A stretch of DNA of 64,000 bases. Source: an uncultured Candidatus Saccharibacteria bacterium. Its GTDB lineage: Bacteria; Patescibacteriota; Minisyncoccia; UBA6257; 2-01-FULL-56-20. Made by a program: the position numbers and the translations under genes. The DNA lies in NCBI GenBank assembly GCA_965231155.1, contig OZ246418.1, forward strand, positions 174,850 to 238,849, in the 5' to 3' direction. This document shows positions 20,160-30,184 of this stretch, one piece after another. The notes beneath the pieces are model-generated. The model was not told the origin of the DNA, made no database searches, and was given only the letters and a program-made list of their open reading frames with translations. How positions within the stretch are numbered: position 1 is the stretch's first letter; each line of letters starts with the position of its first letter.

Positions 20160-21182
20160 TTAAGCAAAGGTTGGTCGCTCGGTATTACCATGATACAGGA
20201 TCTGGGCGCCCGACTGCACAAAGTGAACAGGCACTTCGCGAAAATCTGCTAAGTTATGCTTCTGGCCCATCTTTTGCATAGCCAGACGAATGGCAGGATG
20301 CTTCTCTGGTTTGGCCAGAAGGAGAATGCAACCACCGCCACCAGCACCAAGAATCTTCCCGCCCCAAGCGCCCTCACTTAACCCGGCTTCGTACAAACTA
20401 TCAATGGAAGCAGTCGACATATTCGAAGCCAGAGATTTCTTCCTAGACCAACCTTCGTGGAGCATCTTCCCCATACCCTCGATATCACCGGCCATCAAGC
20501 GACTTTCAAATTCAGGGACGGAATCTGACATCTGCTTCAGAGTTTCGAAACGATTCTGAATATTCGCCTTTTGCTCGGTGAGCACAGACGAGGCAGCACG
20601 AGTGATCCCGGTGTAAAAAAGAAGAATATGATCTTCTAAGGCCAAACGTTTTTTGTAGTCCAGAAGTACCGGCCTTACAGTCACTGTGCTATCTGGATTA
20701 AACTGAAAAATATTAAATCCACCGAAGGCTGAGGCGTACTGATCCTGAAGACCAACCGGTTCTTTTAGAAGTTCCAGTTCAAGACGGACAGCCTCACGAG
20801 CCGCTGACTCCTGGTCTAGTTTTTTCCCCAAATGCGCATGAAGTGCCTTCAAGAGTGCTACTGAAAAACTAGAGGATGAACCGAGGCCAGTCTTACTCGG
20901 AAGATCTGAAAATGAAGCGATTTCCAGGCCTTGGTGAATGCCTAGGTCTAGCAAGGCGGCCTTGAGACGGGTATGCTCAAGCTCGTTAGGATGATTTACT
21001 AATTCTGTCTGGGTATATTTAGCGGTAATTTTATCAACCAGAGGCGTGGGATTAACCAGAATATGGACGTACTTATCAATGGCCGTAGAAATAACTCGCC
21101 CTGGATACTGATGAAAAAAATCGGGTATATCTGTACCTCCACCGACGAAACTAACTCGGAGAGGAGCGCGCACAATAATCAT
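20160..21182 (-). CDS. hddA: D-glycero-D-manno-heptose 7-phosphate kinase (GHMP kinase)
   Basis: PLRVSFVGGGTDIPDF and PSKTGLGSSSSFSVALLKALH GHMP motifs. Start set to the internal Met MIIVRAP. Confidence 0.8.
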   Translation of the reverse strand: MIIVRAPLRVSFVGGGTDIPDFFHQYPGRVISTAIDKYVHILVNPTPLVDKITAKYTQTELVNHPNELEHTRLKAALLDLGIHQGLEIASFSDLPSKTGLGSSSSFSVALLKALHAHLGKKLDQESAAREAVRLELELLKEPVGLQDQYASAFGGFNIFQFNPDSTVTVRPVLLDYKKRLALEDHILLFYTGITRAASSVLTEQKANIQNRFETLKQMSDSVPEFESRLMAGDIEGMGKMLHEGWSRKKSLASNMSTASIDSLYEAGLSEGAWGGKILGAGGGGCILLLAKPEKHPAIRLAMQKMGQKHNLADFREVPVHFVQSGAQILYHGNTERPTFA

Positions 21183-21259
21183 GCCCCGAATATTACCCAA
21201 ATTTCCGAGAAACGTCAAAGACAAGGAATTCCGGAAGAATATCAGAACGCCCTATTTTT

Positions 21260-22090
21260 TTAAAACGATCGACGCTTCCAAAAAGAAAGAACGGTATGCA
21301 ATCTCTTCCTTATAAAAACTGGGAGAAAAGAATAAAGGTACTGGGAAAGATTCAAGCTAAAACCAAACCAGAACCGAGGGTAGTCGTGACGATGCGTCCA
21401 CAGAAAAGACAAGATAGTCCTTGCTTGAGCGTGTTGATGAACAAAAGACTTATTTTGGCCAGCGAGGAGATACGCGGTGAAATATTCCGGGATGTTGTAC
21501 ATCTTCCCCTTAGTACCAAGTTTCAACCACAACTCCCAATCTTCGGCGTACTGCCAGTGACCATAGCCACCAACAGCTAACACAGTTTCTCGACGAAACA
21601 TTACCGTGGTATGCGAAAAGGGATTCGCGAAAAGAGCACCTCGGCGAATATCTTCATCTTTCTCTTTCTTGAGATAGCGATAGAGCTCTTTATTATCCTT
21701 ATCAATCATGACCATTCCACTGCCAACCAAAACATAATCTAGATGAGCCTCTAGAAATTCAACCTGACGGACCAATTTTTCTGGATCTCGCCAGTAATCA
21801 TCATCATCCAATCGGGCAATGTACTCCCCCTTGGAAACTGCAATACCATCGTTCAAAATCTTCGAAATATCTGGATAACTATTTTTTTGATTATGAATAA
21901 CTTTGATCCGTGAATCTTTCTTCTGCCATTCTTCGAGGACAGCCCCAGTTTGATCAGTTGAAGCATCATTAATAATAATGAGTTCCCAATTTTTGTAAGT
22001 CTGATCGACAACGCTCTGAATAGCCCTATCGAGCAACATCGCTCGATTATAGGTTGGCATTACAATAGAAACCAACGGTTCAGGAGTCAT
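21260..22090 (-). CDS. glycosyltransferase family 2
   Basis: VSIVMPTYNRA...IIINDASTD. Confidence 0.85.
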   Translation of the reverse strand: MTPEPLVSIVMPTYNRAMLLDRAIQSVVDQTYKNWELIIINDASTDQTGAVLEEWQKKDSRIKVIHNQKNSYPDISKILNDGIAVSKGEYIARLDDDDYWRDPEKLVRQVEFLEAHLDYVLVGSGMVMIDKDNKELYRYLKKEKDEDIRRGALFANPFSHTTVMFRRETVLAVGGYGHWQYAEDWELWLKLGTKGKMYNIPEYFTAYLLAGQNKSFVHQHAQARTILSFLWTHRHDYPRFWFGFSLNLSQYLYSFLPVFIRKRLHTVLSFWKRRSF

Positions 22091-22094
22091 TGTT

Positions 22095-22784
22095 TTAAAT
22101 TACTTTAGGCTGTCGTGCCTCCCAAAAAAGACAGTAGTCGGAAGCAACCTCTACTTTGACTTGATCAAAAAACTCTTTAAGAACAGCTTCGAGATCCTTC
22201 CGACTGTACTCCCGAAGATGAAAGCGAGAACCAGAAAAAGTTTTATATGGAGTAGGATTATGAGGCGTAGAGCCGATATAAAGACCATCCGGCTTTAAGG
22301 CCATAACAATTCGTGAAAGAAGTCGACGGTACTCCTCCTCCGTAATATGTTCGATAAACTCACTCGAAACAACAACATCAAATCCAGAAGGCAAAGTCTG
22401 ATCTTTTGCTAAATCCTGACTCTGATAGTGAATCTTCTCATTTGTAGAACGGAAGTCGTTAATTTTATCTAAGCCAATAATCTCAGTGACTTTTTCATTC
22501 CCTGCGAGACGACGAGTAAGGTATCCATGGCCACAACCGATATCCAGGACTCGACCGTAGACCTTCTGAGTCAGAACGGTAGCGTAGGATTCGAAATAAG
22601 AATCTCCATCACCAGCTTCGTGTTCGTCAGGACGTTCAGCGCCAAGCCTAGAGAAATAACGCTTATCGAAAGCCATTGAAATCTCACGAACCAAAGGGAT
22701 CTTTTTGGCTTGCCACCGCAGTCGCCGAACGAACAACCGAACCCTTGGAAAACGGTCGAGGAATTTTCTTAGAAATTTCATCAT
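22095..22784 (-). CDS. class I SAM-dependent methyltransferase
   Basis: VLDIGCGHGYLTRRL motif I. Confidence 0.8.
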   Translation of the reverse strand: MMKFLRKFLDRFPRVRLFVRRLRWQAKKIPLVREISMAFDKRYFSRLGAERPDEHEAGDGDSYFESYATVLTQKVYGRVLDIGCGHGYLTRRLAGNEKVTEIIGLDKINDFRSTNEKIHYQSQDLAKDQTLPSGFDVVVSSEFIEHITEEEYRRLLSRIVMALKPDGLYIGSTPHNPTPYKTFSGSRFHLREYSRKDLEAVLKEFFDQVKVEVASDYCLFWEARQPKVI

Positions 22785-22842
22785 AATGCCTCAATAGTAC
22801 TTGAACCGAAGGCCTCTATCAACTACCCAAATAGGGAGAAGC

Positions 22843-23544
22843 CTACCACTCTTTAATAGCTCGCTCCCAGCGTTCCAGTGTTCCACAATCGAAACATCGG
22901 GCATAGTGGTCACGAAAACCATAGAGTCTTCCTTGGCGGGCAAGATCCGGAAGAAGGTCCTGTTCAATCATTATTAAATCCTTACTGAAATCAATATCAT
23001 TAAAAATTTCTGGCTCCATAACATACAATCCACCGCTCACGAAATCTGATGATGGTTCTACTGGTTTCTCCAAAAATGAAACAATCTGATCACCACTCAT
23101 CGTGGGAACTCCGAAGTTGTGTGGATCTGGAACTCTCATCAGTGCCAAAGTTACTTTAGCCTTGGAGCTCTTGTGAGCTGTCAATAAAGCTGTGAGATCA
23201 AAATCTTTCAGATCGTCGCCATTTGAAACAACGAATGTCTCCTGGCCTAACCAATCCCGTAGTAGCTCAAATCCTCCCAGTGTTCCTCGTGGGTGTGGTT
23301 CATGAAAAATTCTTATCGGAACAGCAGGTAGCTCATCAGCCCAAGCTTTGTGCCAACGACGAAAATCATCGGCGTGCTCCTGAGCGGCAAGAAGTCCGAT
23401 CTCGGTCACACTATGACGCGCCAAAAACTCAATGGTGTGATTAACAATCGGTTTTTTCTGAACCGGAATAAGTGGCTTAGGAAGCTCGTAGGTGACTGGC
23501 CTTAGACGGGTACCACGACCCCCAACAAGAATAACGGCTTTCAT
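22843..23544 (-). CDS. sugar-1-phosphate nucleotidyltransferase
   Basis: MKAVILVGGRGTRLRPVTYELPKPLIPV. Start set to the internal Met. Confidence 0.8.
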   Translation of the reverse strand: MKAVILVGGRGTRLRPVTYELPKPLIPVQKKPIVNHTIEFLARHSVTEIGLLAAQEHADDFRRWHKAWADELPAVPIRIFHEPHPRGTLGGFELLRDWLGQETFVVSNGDDLKDFDLTALLTAHKSSKAKVTLALMRVPDPHNFGVPTMSGDQIVSFLEKPVEPSSDFVSGGLYVMEPEIFNDIDFSKDLIMIEQDLLPDLARQGRLYGFRDHYARCFDCGTLERWERAIKEW

Positions 23545-23643
23545 AGTTTGGAAATGATTATAAGGAGATGGAGTACGCAGATCTGGGAGTCCTTGGTCTT
23601 CCCTAAATGAATATGCTAACCTTTCCCTACAAGAATACATATC

Positions 23644-25143
23644 ATGTCAGAGGAACAAAATCAAAGAATGAGTAAGGGGCATCGACTCAAAGTCTTCCTC
23701 CTTAAGAACTCCACTCTTCAACAAACGGTAGCAAAAAATACCTTCTGGCTCGCCGCGAGCAATATGGGAGGCCGCCTGCTCCGGGCTGTCATCATCATCT
23801 ACGCTGCCCGGGTACTGGGCGTGACTGAGTGGGGAGTGTTCTCTTATGCCATCACCCTTTCGGCACTAATGACTGTCTTCATCGACTTTGGTATTAACCA
23901 CATTGTAGTGAGGGAGGTGGGAAAGATTCTAGATAGCCAACGAAAATCTCAGTTAATTTCTACAGCCTTCTTTATTAAAATCGGACTACTCTTTATTGGT
24001 ATATTAGTTATTCTTTTTGCTGCACCACATTTTTCCACGATTCCTGCGGCAAAAGCCATCCTCCCTCTTATCGCCCTCCTCCTCGCCTTCGACTCTCTCC
24101 GAGAATTCGGATTCTCTCTGGCTAGGGCTTCAGAGAAGATGGAGTGGGAGGCGGGACTCTCTTTCGTAACCAACTCGGTCATTGTGATCTTTGGATTTCT
24201 ATTCTTATGGTTGGCACCTTCAGTCCAGTCGTTTACCCTGGCCTACGTAATCGGATCAGCAACTGGCACAATCATAACCTTCTTCACGCTACGTCACTAT
24301 TTCTTCAATCTTATTTCAAATTTCTCTCTACCCGACGTTAGATTTATTCTGACAACCGCTTGGCCATTCGCCGTCTCTACCTTGTTGGGAGGATTAATGA
24401 TCAACACGGATATTTTCATCATTAGTTGGCTGAGATCAGCAAGCGATGTTGGTCTTTACTCAGCTGGTCAGCGTATTATTCAGATCCTTTATATTGTTCC
24501 CTCTATCCTCGCAACAAGTGCCTTACCGATTTTTGGACGTTTGGCCATAAAAGACGACCAAAGAATGCGCCAGGCAACGGAAAGAATTCTAGGGCTAATT
24601 CTTCTCTTGGCTATTCCCCTGGCCCTAGGTGGCTTTCTCCTCGGACCACAAATAATCTCTCTGGCTTTTGGCGAGGCCTATGCGGGATCAGTTAGCTCAT
24701 TTCAAATCCTCGCGCTCACCATACTTGCTGACTTCCCCGCTGTGATTTTAGCGAACGCTATCTTTGCCTACAACAAACAACGAGGACTAATCATCTACTC
24801 AGCTATCGGCGGATTCTTAAATGTCATTCTTGATCTTCTCTTCATCCCCTACTGGGGAATTGCTGGATGCGCCCTGTCTACTCTCATTGCTCAAATTGTC
24901 AGTAATATTTACCTTTGGAGTTCACTTAAAAAAATCAATCCCTTCAGCGTAGGTCAACGACTCTATAAAATTATGGTAGCTACTATAGCCATGGGAGCAA
25001 CCATCGTCTTCCTCGTGTCACTCTCCCTGCATATTCTCATTATCATTCCACTCGCTAGCCTTCTTTATATCGCTAGTCTCGTCGCTCTCAAAGACCCTCT
25101 TCTCGAGGAAGGTCGAGCTCTATGGATAGCCTCAGAGCGTTAG
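23644..25143 (+). CDS. MOP-superfamily polysaccharide flippase (Wzx-like), second copy
   Basis: 499-aa multi-TM protein, paralogous to 15775..17238. Confidence 0.8.
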   Translation: MSEEQNQRMSKGHRLKVFLLKNSTLQQTVAKNTFWLAASNMGGRLLRAVIIIYAARVLGVTEWGVFSYAITLSALMTVFIDFGINHIVVREVGKILDSQRKSQLISTAFFIKIGLLFIGILVILFAAPHFSTIPAAKAILPLIALLLAFDSLREFGFSLARASEKMEWEAGLSFVTNSVIVIFGFLFLWLAPSVQSFTLAYVIGSATGTIITFFTLRHYFFNLISNFSLPDVRFILTTAWPFAVSTLLGGLMINTDIFIISWLRSASDVGLYSAGQRIIQILYIVPSILATSALPIFGRLAIKDDQRMRQATERILGLILLLAIPLALGGFLLGPQIISLAFGEAYAGSVSSFQILALTILADFPAVILANAIFAYNKQRGLIIYSAIGGFLNVILDLLFIPYWGIAGCALSTLIAQIVSNIYLWSSLKKINPFSVGQRLYKIMVATIAMGATIVFLVSLSLHILIIIPLASLLYIASLVALKDPLLEEGRALWIASER

Positions 25144-26214
25144 TCCAATTTTTTCAAAAACACTAGCCAGGCGCTTTTGGGCGGTGTGATCTCGCAAAGT
25201 CCGCTCATAGCCAGCCCGCGCGATTCTCTCTCGTTCAGTATCGTGCTCTAAATAATATTTTATTTTTTTGATCAGATCAGCGACGCCATTGTACATAACT
25301 ATCTCCTCACCATCGACATAATAATCAGACAACGCATCAGCATCATCCGTAATTTCTAGAGAACCACACGCCGGAATTTCAAAATTGCGCCCCTTAATCA
25401 TGAGTGTTCGTTTCTGCAACCACTCTCGTAAATTACTAAAAAAATGATGAAGGTCTAATTTGATGGGTAAACCACCCTCACCCAGCTCTCTCCGCCTTAA
25501 GAAAAGTCGAACGAGAGGTTTTATACCTATATAGAAAGCGGAGATGTTCATAGCTAGCCCAATCTTGCTTCGAGACATAATCTCCACCATTTCTGTCTGC
25601 GAAACTGGTCCCTCTGGCCACCCATTTCCTCTTACACATACGCTAATTCCTGCGCTCCGAAGAGCCTCGATAACTCTTTGACGAGGTTTAGTCCACGTCC
25701 CCACAAACGCAACATCGATATCTTTCACTGAGGCGGTGGGGTGATAAATCTCGGTCTGTACTGGTGCTGAGGAATAAATTACTCGACAACCAAGGCGTTC
25801 GTATTTCGGAATTGCCTTCGAGTAGGTGGTAACCACATAGGAGTAGTAAGGGCCAAAATGTTTCGATAAGCTATCGAAACGAAAGTTATCATCTCCACAC
25901 CAGTACACAGTGGTCACACCACGGGCGGTTATCTTCTGAATAGTAGTCTTCTGTATAGCGTGATCTCCAATGTAAAAAAAGCAAATATCAGGCTTCTCTC
26001 GCTCGACAGTCATAAGTAAATCCTTGTTCATAGCCACTCGATCACCCTTGAGGGCGATTACTTCGTCAACCCAGTAAGGTATGAGTGTGTGCTGTGGCGT
26101 CCCATACCGCAGGAAAGTCAGGTACCACGCATAGTAGTCATGGCTATGCTCTCGACCGGTTCGCTGCCACTTCACATCATAGTCACGATTTAAACCAATA
26201 AAGAATATCTTCAT
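25132..26214 (-). CDS. CgeB-family / DUF3880-like glycosyltransferase
   Basis: C-terminal KGRNFEIPACG...YYLEHDTERERIARAGYERTLRDHT. Paralog of 38049..39095. Confidence 0.65.
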   Translation of the reverse strand: MKIFFIGLNRDYDVKWQRTGREHSHDYYAWYLTFLRYGTPQHTLIPYWVDEVIALKGDRVAMNKDLLMTVEREKPDICFFYIGDHAIQKTTIQKITARGVTTVYWCGDDNFRFDSLSKHFGPYYSYVVTTYSKAIPKYERLGCRVIYSSAPVQTEIYHPTASVKDIDVAFVGTWTKPRQRVIEALRSAGISVCVRGNGWPEGPVSQTEMVEIMSRSKIGLAMNISAFYIGIKPLVRLFLRRRELGEGGLPIKLDLHHFFSNLREWLQKRTLMIKGRNFEIPACGSLEITDDADALSDYYVDGEEIVMYNGVADLIKKIKYYLEHDTERERIARAGYERTLRDHTAQKRLASVFEKIGLTL

Positions 26215-26215
26215 C

Positions 26216-27184
26216 CTATACTTTGATTAATCGTTTCAATGAACGGACTAGTCGAACCGCCCATGGCCAACGCACTGTTTTCTGAACAATCGGTCGTAGT
26301 CGGTATTTTAATTCACTCACGATAAGTCGTGACGAAAAGACCTGCTCTCGGATAAATCTATTTCGCGAAAAAGTCCCCGGAATAATTTCCCCGTTCGCTG
26401 AACGGTAACGATGTTCAATCTGGCCAGACAAAAGTTTTTTACGATACTCCTTGCCTAGTCTGATATAGCTATCATAGACAGTATTGCCAGTACCAGCAGT
26501 GGCCCACTGCTGCCCCTGTTGATCACCATGGATCCTCCCAAAATTAGCTGCTCGACGGATAAAATGTGGCAGGTAGCCACGCTTATGGAAATGATAATTA
26601 AACTCCATCCAGGGATCGAACTGAACTACTCCGTTCACTCGAAACTCGGTTTCGTTGTATGACCGAAAACACTGCTCAAAAACTTCTCGTCGAACACAGA
26701 AGTTTCCCTCTGGAAACCAGAAGAATGTGGCAAGCCAGTAGTACAAGAAATCCCTCCCCTGAGGAGGCTCTTTCTGGGCAAACTGCGGATAAGAGAGCTC
26801 CCCAAGACGACCATCCTCTGACATGTACTGAGGAAGGCCCCAGACGAGAGAAATATCTGAATTTTTTTCCATTACCTCCACGCACTGTCTAATCCAATCC
26901 TGATCTAGATATCCATCAGTTACCGCACACTGCATAATATACTTCCCCTGGCTACGCTTCAAACCCTTGTCAAAAGCCTCATATGATCCATGATCTTTTT
27001 CTGATAACCACTGAACATTTGGATACTGCCGGAGAATAGAGACTGAATCATCAGTCGAACCACCATCGATTACTAGATGCTCAATATTTTTATATGACTG
27101 TCTTAGAACAGAGTCGAGAGTATCCCGCAAAAAACGACCGTGATTGAAATTCGTAGAAATAACAGATACAAGAGGCTCGGTCAT
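26216..27184 (-). CDS. glycosyltransferase family 2
   Basis: VSVISTNFNHGRFL...HLVIDGGSTDDS. Confidence 0.85.
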   Translation of the reverse strand: MTEPLVSVISTNFNHGRFLRDTLDSVLRQSYKNIEHLVIDGGSTDDSVSILRQYPNVQWLSEKDHGSYEAFDKGLKRSQGKYIMQCAVTDGYLDQDWIRQCVEVMEKNSDISLVWGLPQYMSEDGRLGELSYPQFAQKEPPQGRDFLYYWLATFFWFPEGNFCVRREVFEQCFRSYNETEFRVNGVVQFDPWMEFNYHFHKRGYLPHFIRRAANFGRIHGDQQGQQWATAGTGNTVYDSYIRLGKEYRKKLLSGQIEHRYRSANGEIIPGTFSRNRFIREQVFSSRLIVSELKYRLRPIVQKTVRWPWAVRLVRSLKRLIKV

Positions 27185-27203
27185 TGAGCTTGTTCTTACT
27201 ATA

Positions 27204-28208
27204 CTACTTTATATGCTTCTCTGTCGGTGCGTAGTAGATGATCTGACTGCCTAAATTCTCAAAAGCAAAGGGAACATAGAGAAGATCTGAGAGTACCGCT
27301 CTTATCTTCGGCTGATCTTCCGGACGAACAAAAAATAACATAAATCCACCACCGCCAGCGCCAAGTAGCTTCCCACCTAGCGCACCAGCCTTCCGGCCTC
27401 GCTCATAAATCTCGTCGATACTGTCATTAGAGATTCTCTTGGTCAGCTGACGCTTAATCTGCCAGGCTTCGTCAAGTAAACGCCCGAAATCGTCCAGGCC
27501 ACCCTGACTATTTAAAATATCGATTGCCTGATCAACTGTCTCTCTCATTCGTTGTAACTCGCTTGTCTTCAAAGGGGTGCTCTTTATCTGCTCTTCGGCA
27601 ATTTCAGAAGCCATTCTTGTAAATCCAGTGAAGAAAAGCATAAGGTGATCCTGAAACGACTGTAGACGAGGAGCCGACAAAATAATTGGAGAAACCGTAA
27701 TTTTCTGAGGACCTCCGAACACAATTTTATTCAGACCACCAAAAGCCGCGACTACCTGATCCTGAGATCCCACATGTTCTTTTATTCGTTCTTGTTCAAC
27801 CTGTATAGCATCTAGGGCGAGTTGCCTCTTTGTAACCATTCTTCCCTGCAAGGCGTGAAGGGCGTGGAGTAATCCGACAGTGAAGGATGAGCTGGAACCC
27901 AATCCGGAACGGGCGGGGAGATCAGCATTGTGATGTATTTCTAAATCTTCAACCTGATTCAGAAATTTCATCGCCTCCCGAACTGCGGGATGTTCAACAT
28001 CATGAACCGACTTGGCCATCTGAATCTTCGACCAAACAATTCTGATATTGCTATCAAAAAATGGTGGAAGGTGACGACAGCTAATATAACAGTATTTGTT
28101 AATAGAAGTAGACAAAACTGCTCCATCTCCATTGTTCTCATACCAGACAGGATAGTCTGTACCGCCACCGAAGAATGAGATTCGAAAAGGGGTTCTGCTA
28201 ATAATCAT
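27204..28208 (-). CDS. GHMP-family sugar kinase (second HddA-like heptose-7-P kinase)
   Basis: PFRISFFGGGTDYP and PARSGLGSSSSFTVGLLHALH motifs. Confidence 0.75.
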   Translation of the reverse strand: MIISRTPFRISFFGGGTDYPVWYENNGDGAVLSTSINKYCYISCRHLPPFFDSNIRIVWSKIQMAKSVHDVEHPAVREAMKFLNQVEDLEIHHNADLPARSGLGSSSSFTVGLLHALHALQGRMVTKRQLALDAIQVEQERIKEHVGSQDQVVAAFGGLNKIVFGGPQKITVSPIILSAPRLQSFQDHLMLFFTGFTRMASEIAEEQIKSTPLKTSELQRMRETVDQAIDILNSQGGLDDFGRLLDEAWQIKRQLTKRISNDSIDEIYERGRKAGALGGKLLGAGGGGFMLFFVRPEDQPKIRAVLSDLLYVPFAFENLGSQIIYYAPTEKHIK

Positions 28209-28213
28209 AGTAA

Positions 28214-28882
28214 TTAATGACCAATCAAGACATCCTGGACCAAGGGCACGTTCTTAAGGTCTGCAAAAGTCCCTATCACCTGATCGGCTTCTTTCAGCTT
28301 ATCTTCGCCTAGGGTTGAAGAAATTGCAATGCAATACGCACCGGCGGCCTTAGCCGACTGGATACCTAACGGAGCGTTTTCTACTACAATACATTCATTA
28401 ATTGGAATATTAAGCTCAAACGCAGCACGCTCATAAGGATCGGGAAATGGTTTATTTCTCTCTGTTTTTTCTCCAGTAATAACGGCCTGAAATTGTTCAA
28501 GAAAACCCGTAGGAACAGACTGAGATAATCGAGAGTAAAGGCCAGCACTGACAATGGCTATTGGCACTTTCTTTTCGGCTAGCTCCCCGATAAACGTCTG
28601 GACACCCTGGTAAAAACGGAAAGAATGTCTGGCTATATAAGAAGCTTCTTTCTTTTTTACAATGTCAGCGTAGTCTACACCACGCACGCCATACCTCTCG
28701 CAAAGCAATCGAGCCACCTCGGCCAACTTCATTCCTTCGAGTAGAAAGTATTCTTCTTTCTCTATATCGGCACCGACCTCATGAAGAACTTGCTTCCAGG
28801 CTAAAAAATTATCTTCCATGGTGTCGGCTAAGACTCCATCAAAGTCAAAAAGGATGGCTCGGTAACGACCGAGAGTAGTCAT
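28214..28882 (-). CDS. HAD-superfamily hydrolase (beta-phosphoglucomutase-like)
   Basis: LFDFDGVLADT motif I and a C-terminal HAD motif. Confidence 0.8.
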   Translation of the reverse strand: MTTLGRYRAILFDFDGVLADTMEDNFLAWKQVLHEVGADIEKEEYFLLEGMKLAEVARLLCERYGVRGVDYADIVKKKEASYIARHSFRFYQGVQTFIGELAEKKVPIAIVSAGLYSRLSQSVPTGFLEQFQAVITGEKTERNKPFPDPYERAAFELNIPINECIVVENAPLGIQSAKAAGAYCIAISSTLGEDKLKEADQVIGTFADLKNVPLVQDVLIGH

Positions 28883-28891
28883 ATTGTAATT

Positions 28892-29401
28892 TTACTTGGT
28901 AGCCAACTCAAGAACCGCTTTCATCCAAGGCCCCATATAACGGTAGTGGGGTGAAGTGACAATGTTTTTATCTACAACTGCAGGCGCGTCCACAAACTCG
29001 GCACCGGCATTATTAATATCATCCTTCAGGCTGTAGTAACCACTGATTTTTCTTCCTTTAACTACTTTGGCCGAAATCAGAAGCTGAGCGCCATGACAGA
29101 TGCAGGCAATCACCTTACCTTTGGAGTCCCAGAGGTTGATAAAATCAATAACTTTTTGATTCTGTCGGATGTACTCCATCGCGCGAGCGCCTCCCGGAAT
29201 AACCAGAATATCATATTCATCAGGGTTAAGATTCTCGGTGGTAATATGCACCGGTATCTTAAGGCCAGCCACACCAAACGTTTCTTTGCCATCCTCAGTT
29301 GCCACCACCACTTCGTAGCCGTCTTCCTGTAAACGGTAGTAAGGATAAATGAATTCTGGGTCCTGCACGAACTTTCCGGTAATAATAAGGGCTTTTTTCA
29401 T
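28892..29401 (-). CDS. DJ-1/PfpI family protein
   Basis: ILVIPGG and a CHGAQLL nucleophile-elbow cysteine. Confidence 0.85.
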   Translation of the reverse strand: MKKALIITGKFVQDPEFIYPYYRLQEDGYEVVVATEDGKETFGVAGLKIPVHITTENLNPDEYDILVIPGGARAMEYIRQNQKVIDFINLWDSKGKVIACICHGAQLLISAKVVKGRKISGYYSLKDDINNAGAEFVDAPAVVDKNIVTSPHYRYMGPWMKAVLELATK

Positions 29402-29409
29402 AATTAGAT

Positions 29410-30174
29410 TTAGTATTTACGAATGAAAAGAATCTTCAAACCGTTGGTTAGCGTAACATTATCCGAAACTCCAAGCAACTCTTCACCATGGAAAACATCA
29501 GCATGACCGAAAAGAACATTGCCCGACTGATCTCTAATCTCTCCTTCTAAAAGCACTACGGCGCTATCAGCTACGCGGGGTGATAAGTTTTTAAAATGAT
29601 CAATATCCCTAACTTCAACTACCGCCAATTCGCATTCAGCAAAAACTCTCTTTTCTTCTGCCGTGGAAGCTTCATAAAAAGAAGGCATGACCGAAGGATT
29701 TCGTGGTTGGACGTGTTTGCCACTTTCATAACGACGCCCAGCGCGACCATAGATATCATCAAATCGAACCAAGTTTTTCTTGTTGACTGGCGTCTCAGTT
29801 TCTAAGAGAAAAATCCCACGTGGAGAAATTGCTTCGGTGGAATGGAAAACTCCCTTCTCGATAACTGCACCATCTCCCGGCTTGAGAGAAATTTTTTCAT
29901 CTAGAGTAGAGACAGCTCCCTCTCCGCCGAGTAGAACCATCGAAGTTTTCTTGGCTGGATGACAGTGCATTGAAGTCCGATGTCCTGGTTTGATAAAAAG
30001 AAGCCAAGAATCTACTCTGTCATTTTTGAAGATCGAATACTCGTGACCCCAAGGCTTCTCAATAACTACTGCCGAGTAGTCAAAGGGATCTTCAATAATG
30101 TCGATGGAAGGATCGGTTGGGAGGGAGGACAGCACTGTTTCATCCTTCTGAGAAAGATTAACTCTCTTGATCAT
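29410..30174 (-). CDS. cupin-domain protein, type II phosphomannose-isomerase-like
   Basis: PWGHE...GHRTSMHCHP...EKGVFH cupin metal-binding pattern. Confidence 0.55.
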   Translation of the reverse strand: MIKRVNLSQKDETVLSSLPTDPSIDIIEDPFDYSAVVIEKPWGHEYSIFKNDRVDSWLLFIKPGHRTSMHCHPAKKTSMVLLGGEGAVSTLDEKISLKPGDGAVIEKGVFHSTEAISPRGIFLLETETPVNKKNLVRFDDIYGRAGRRYESGKHVQPRNPSVMPSFYEASTAEEKRVFAECELAVVEVRDIDHFKNLSPRVADSAVVLLEGEIRDQSGNVLFGHADVFHGEELLGVSDNVTLTNGLKILFIRKY

Positions 30175-30184
30175 GGCCTTGGAT

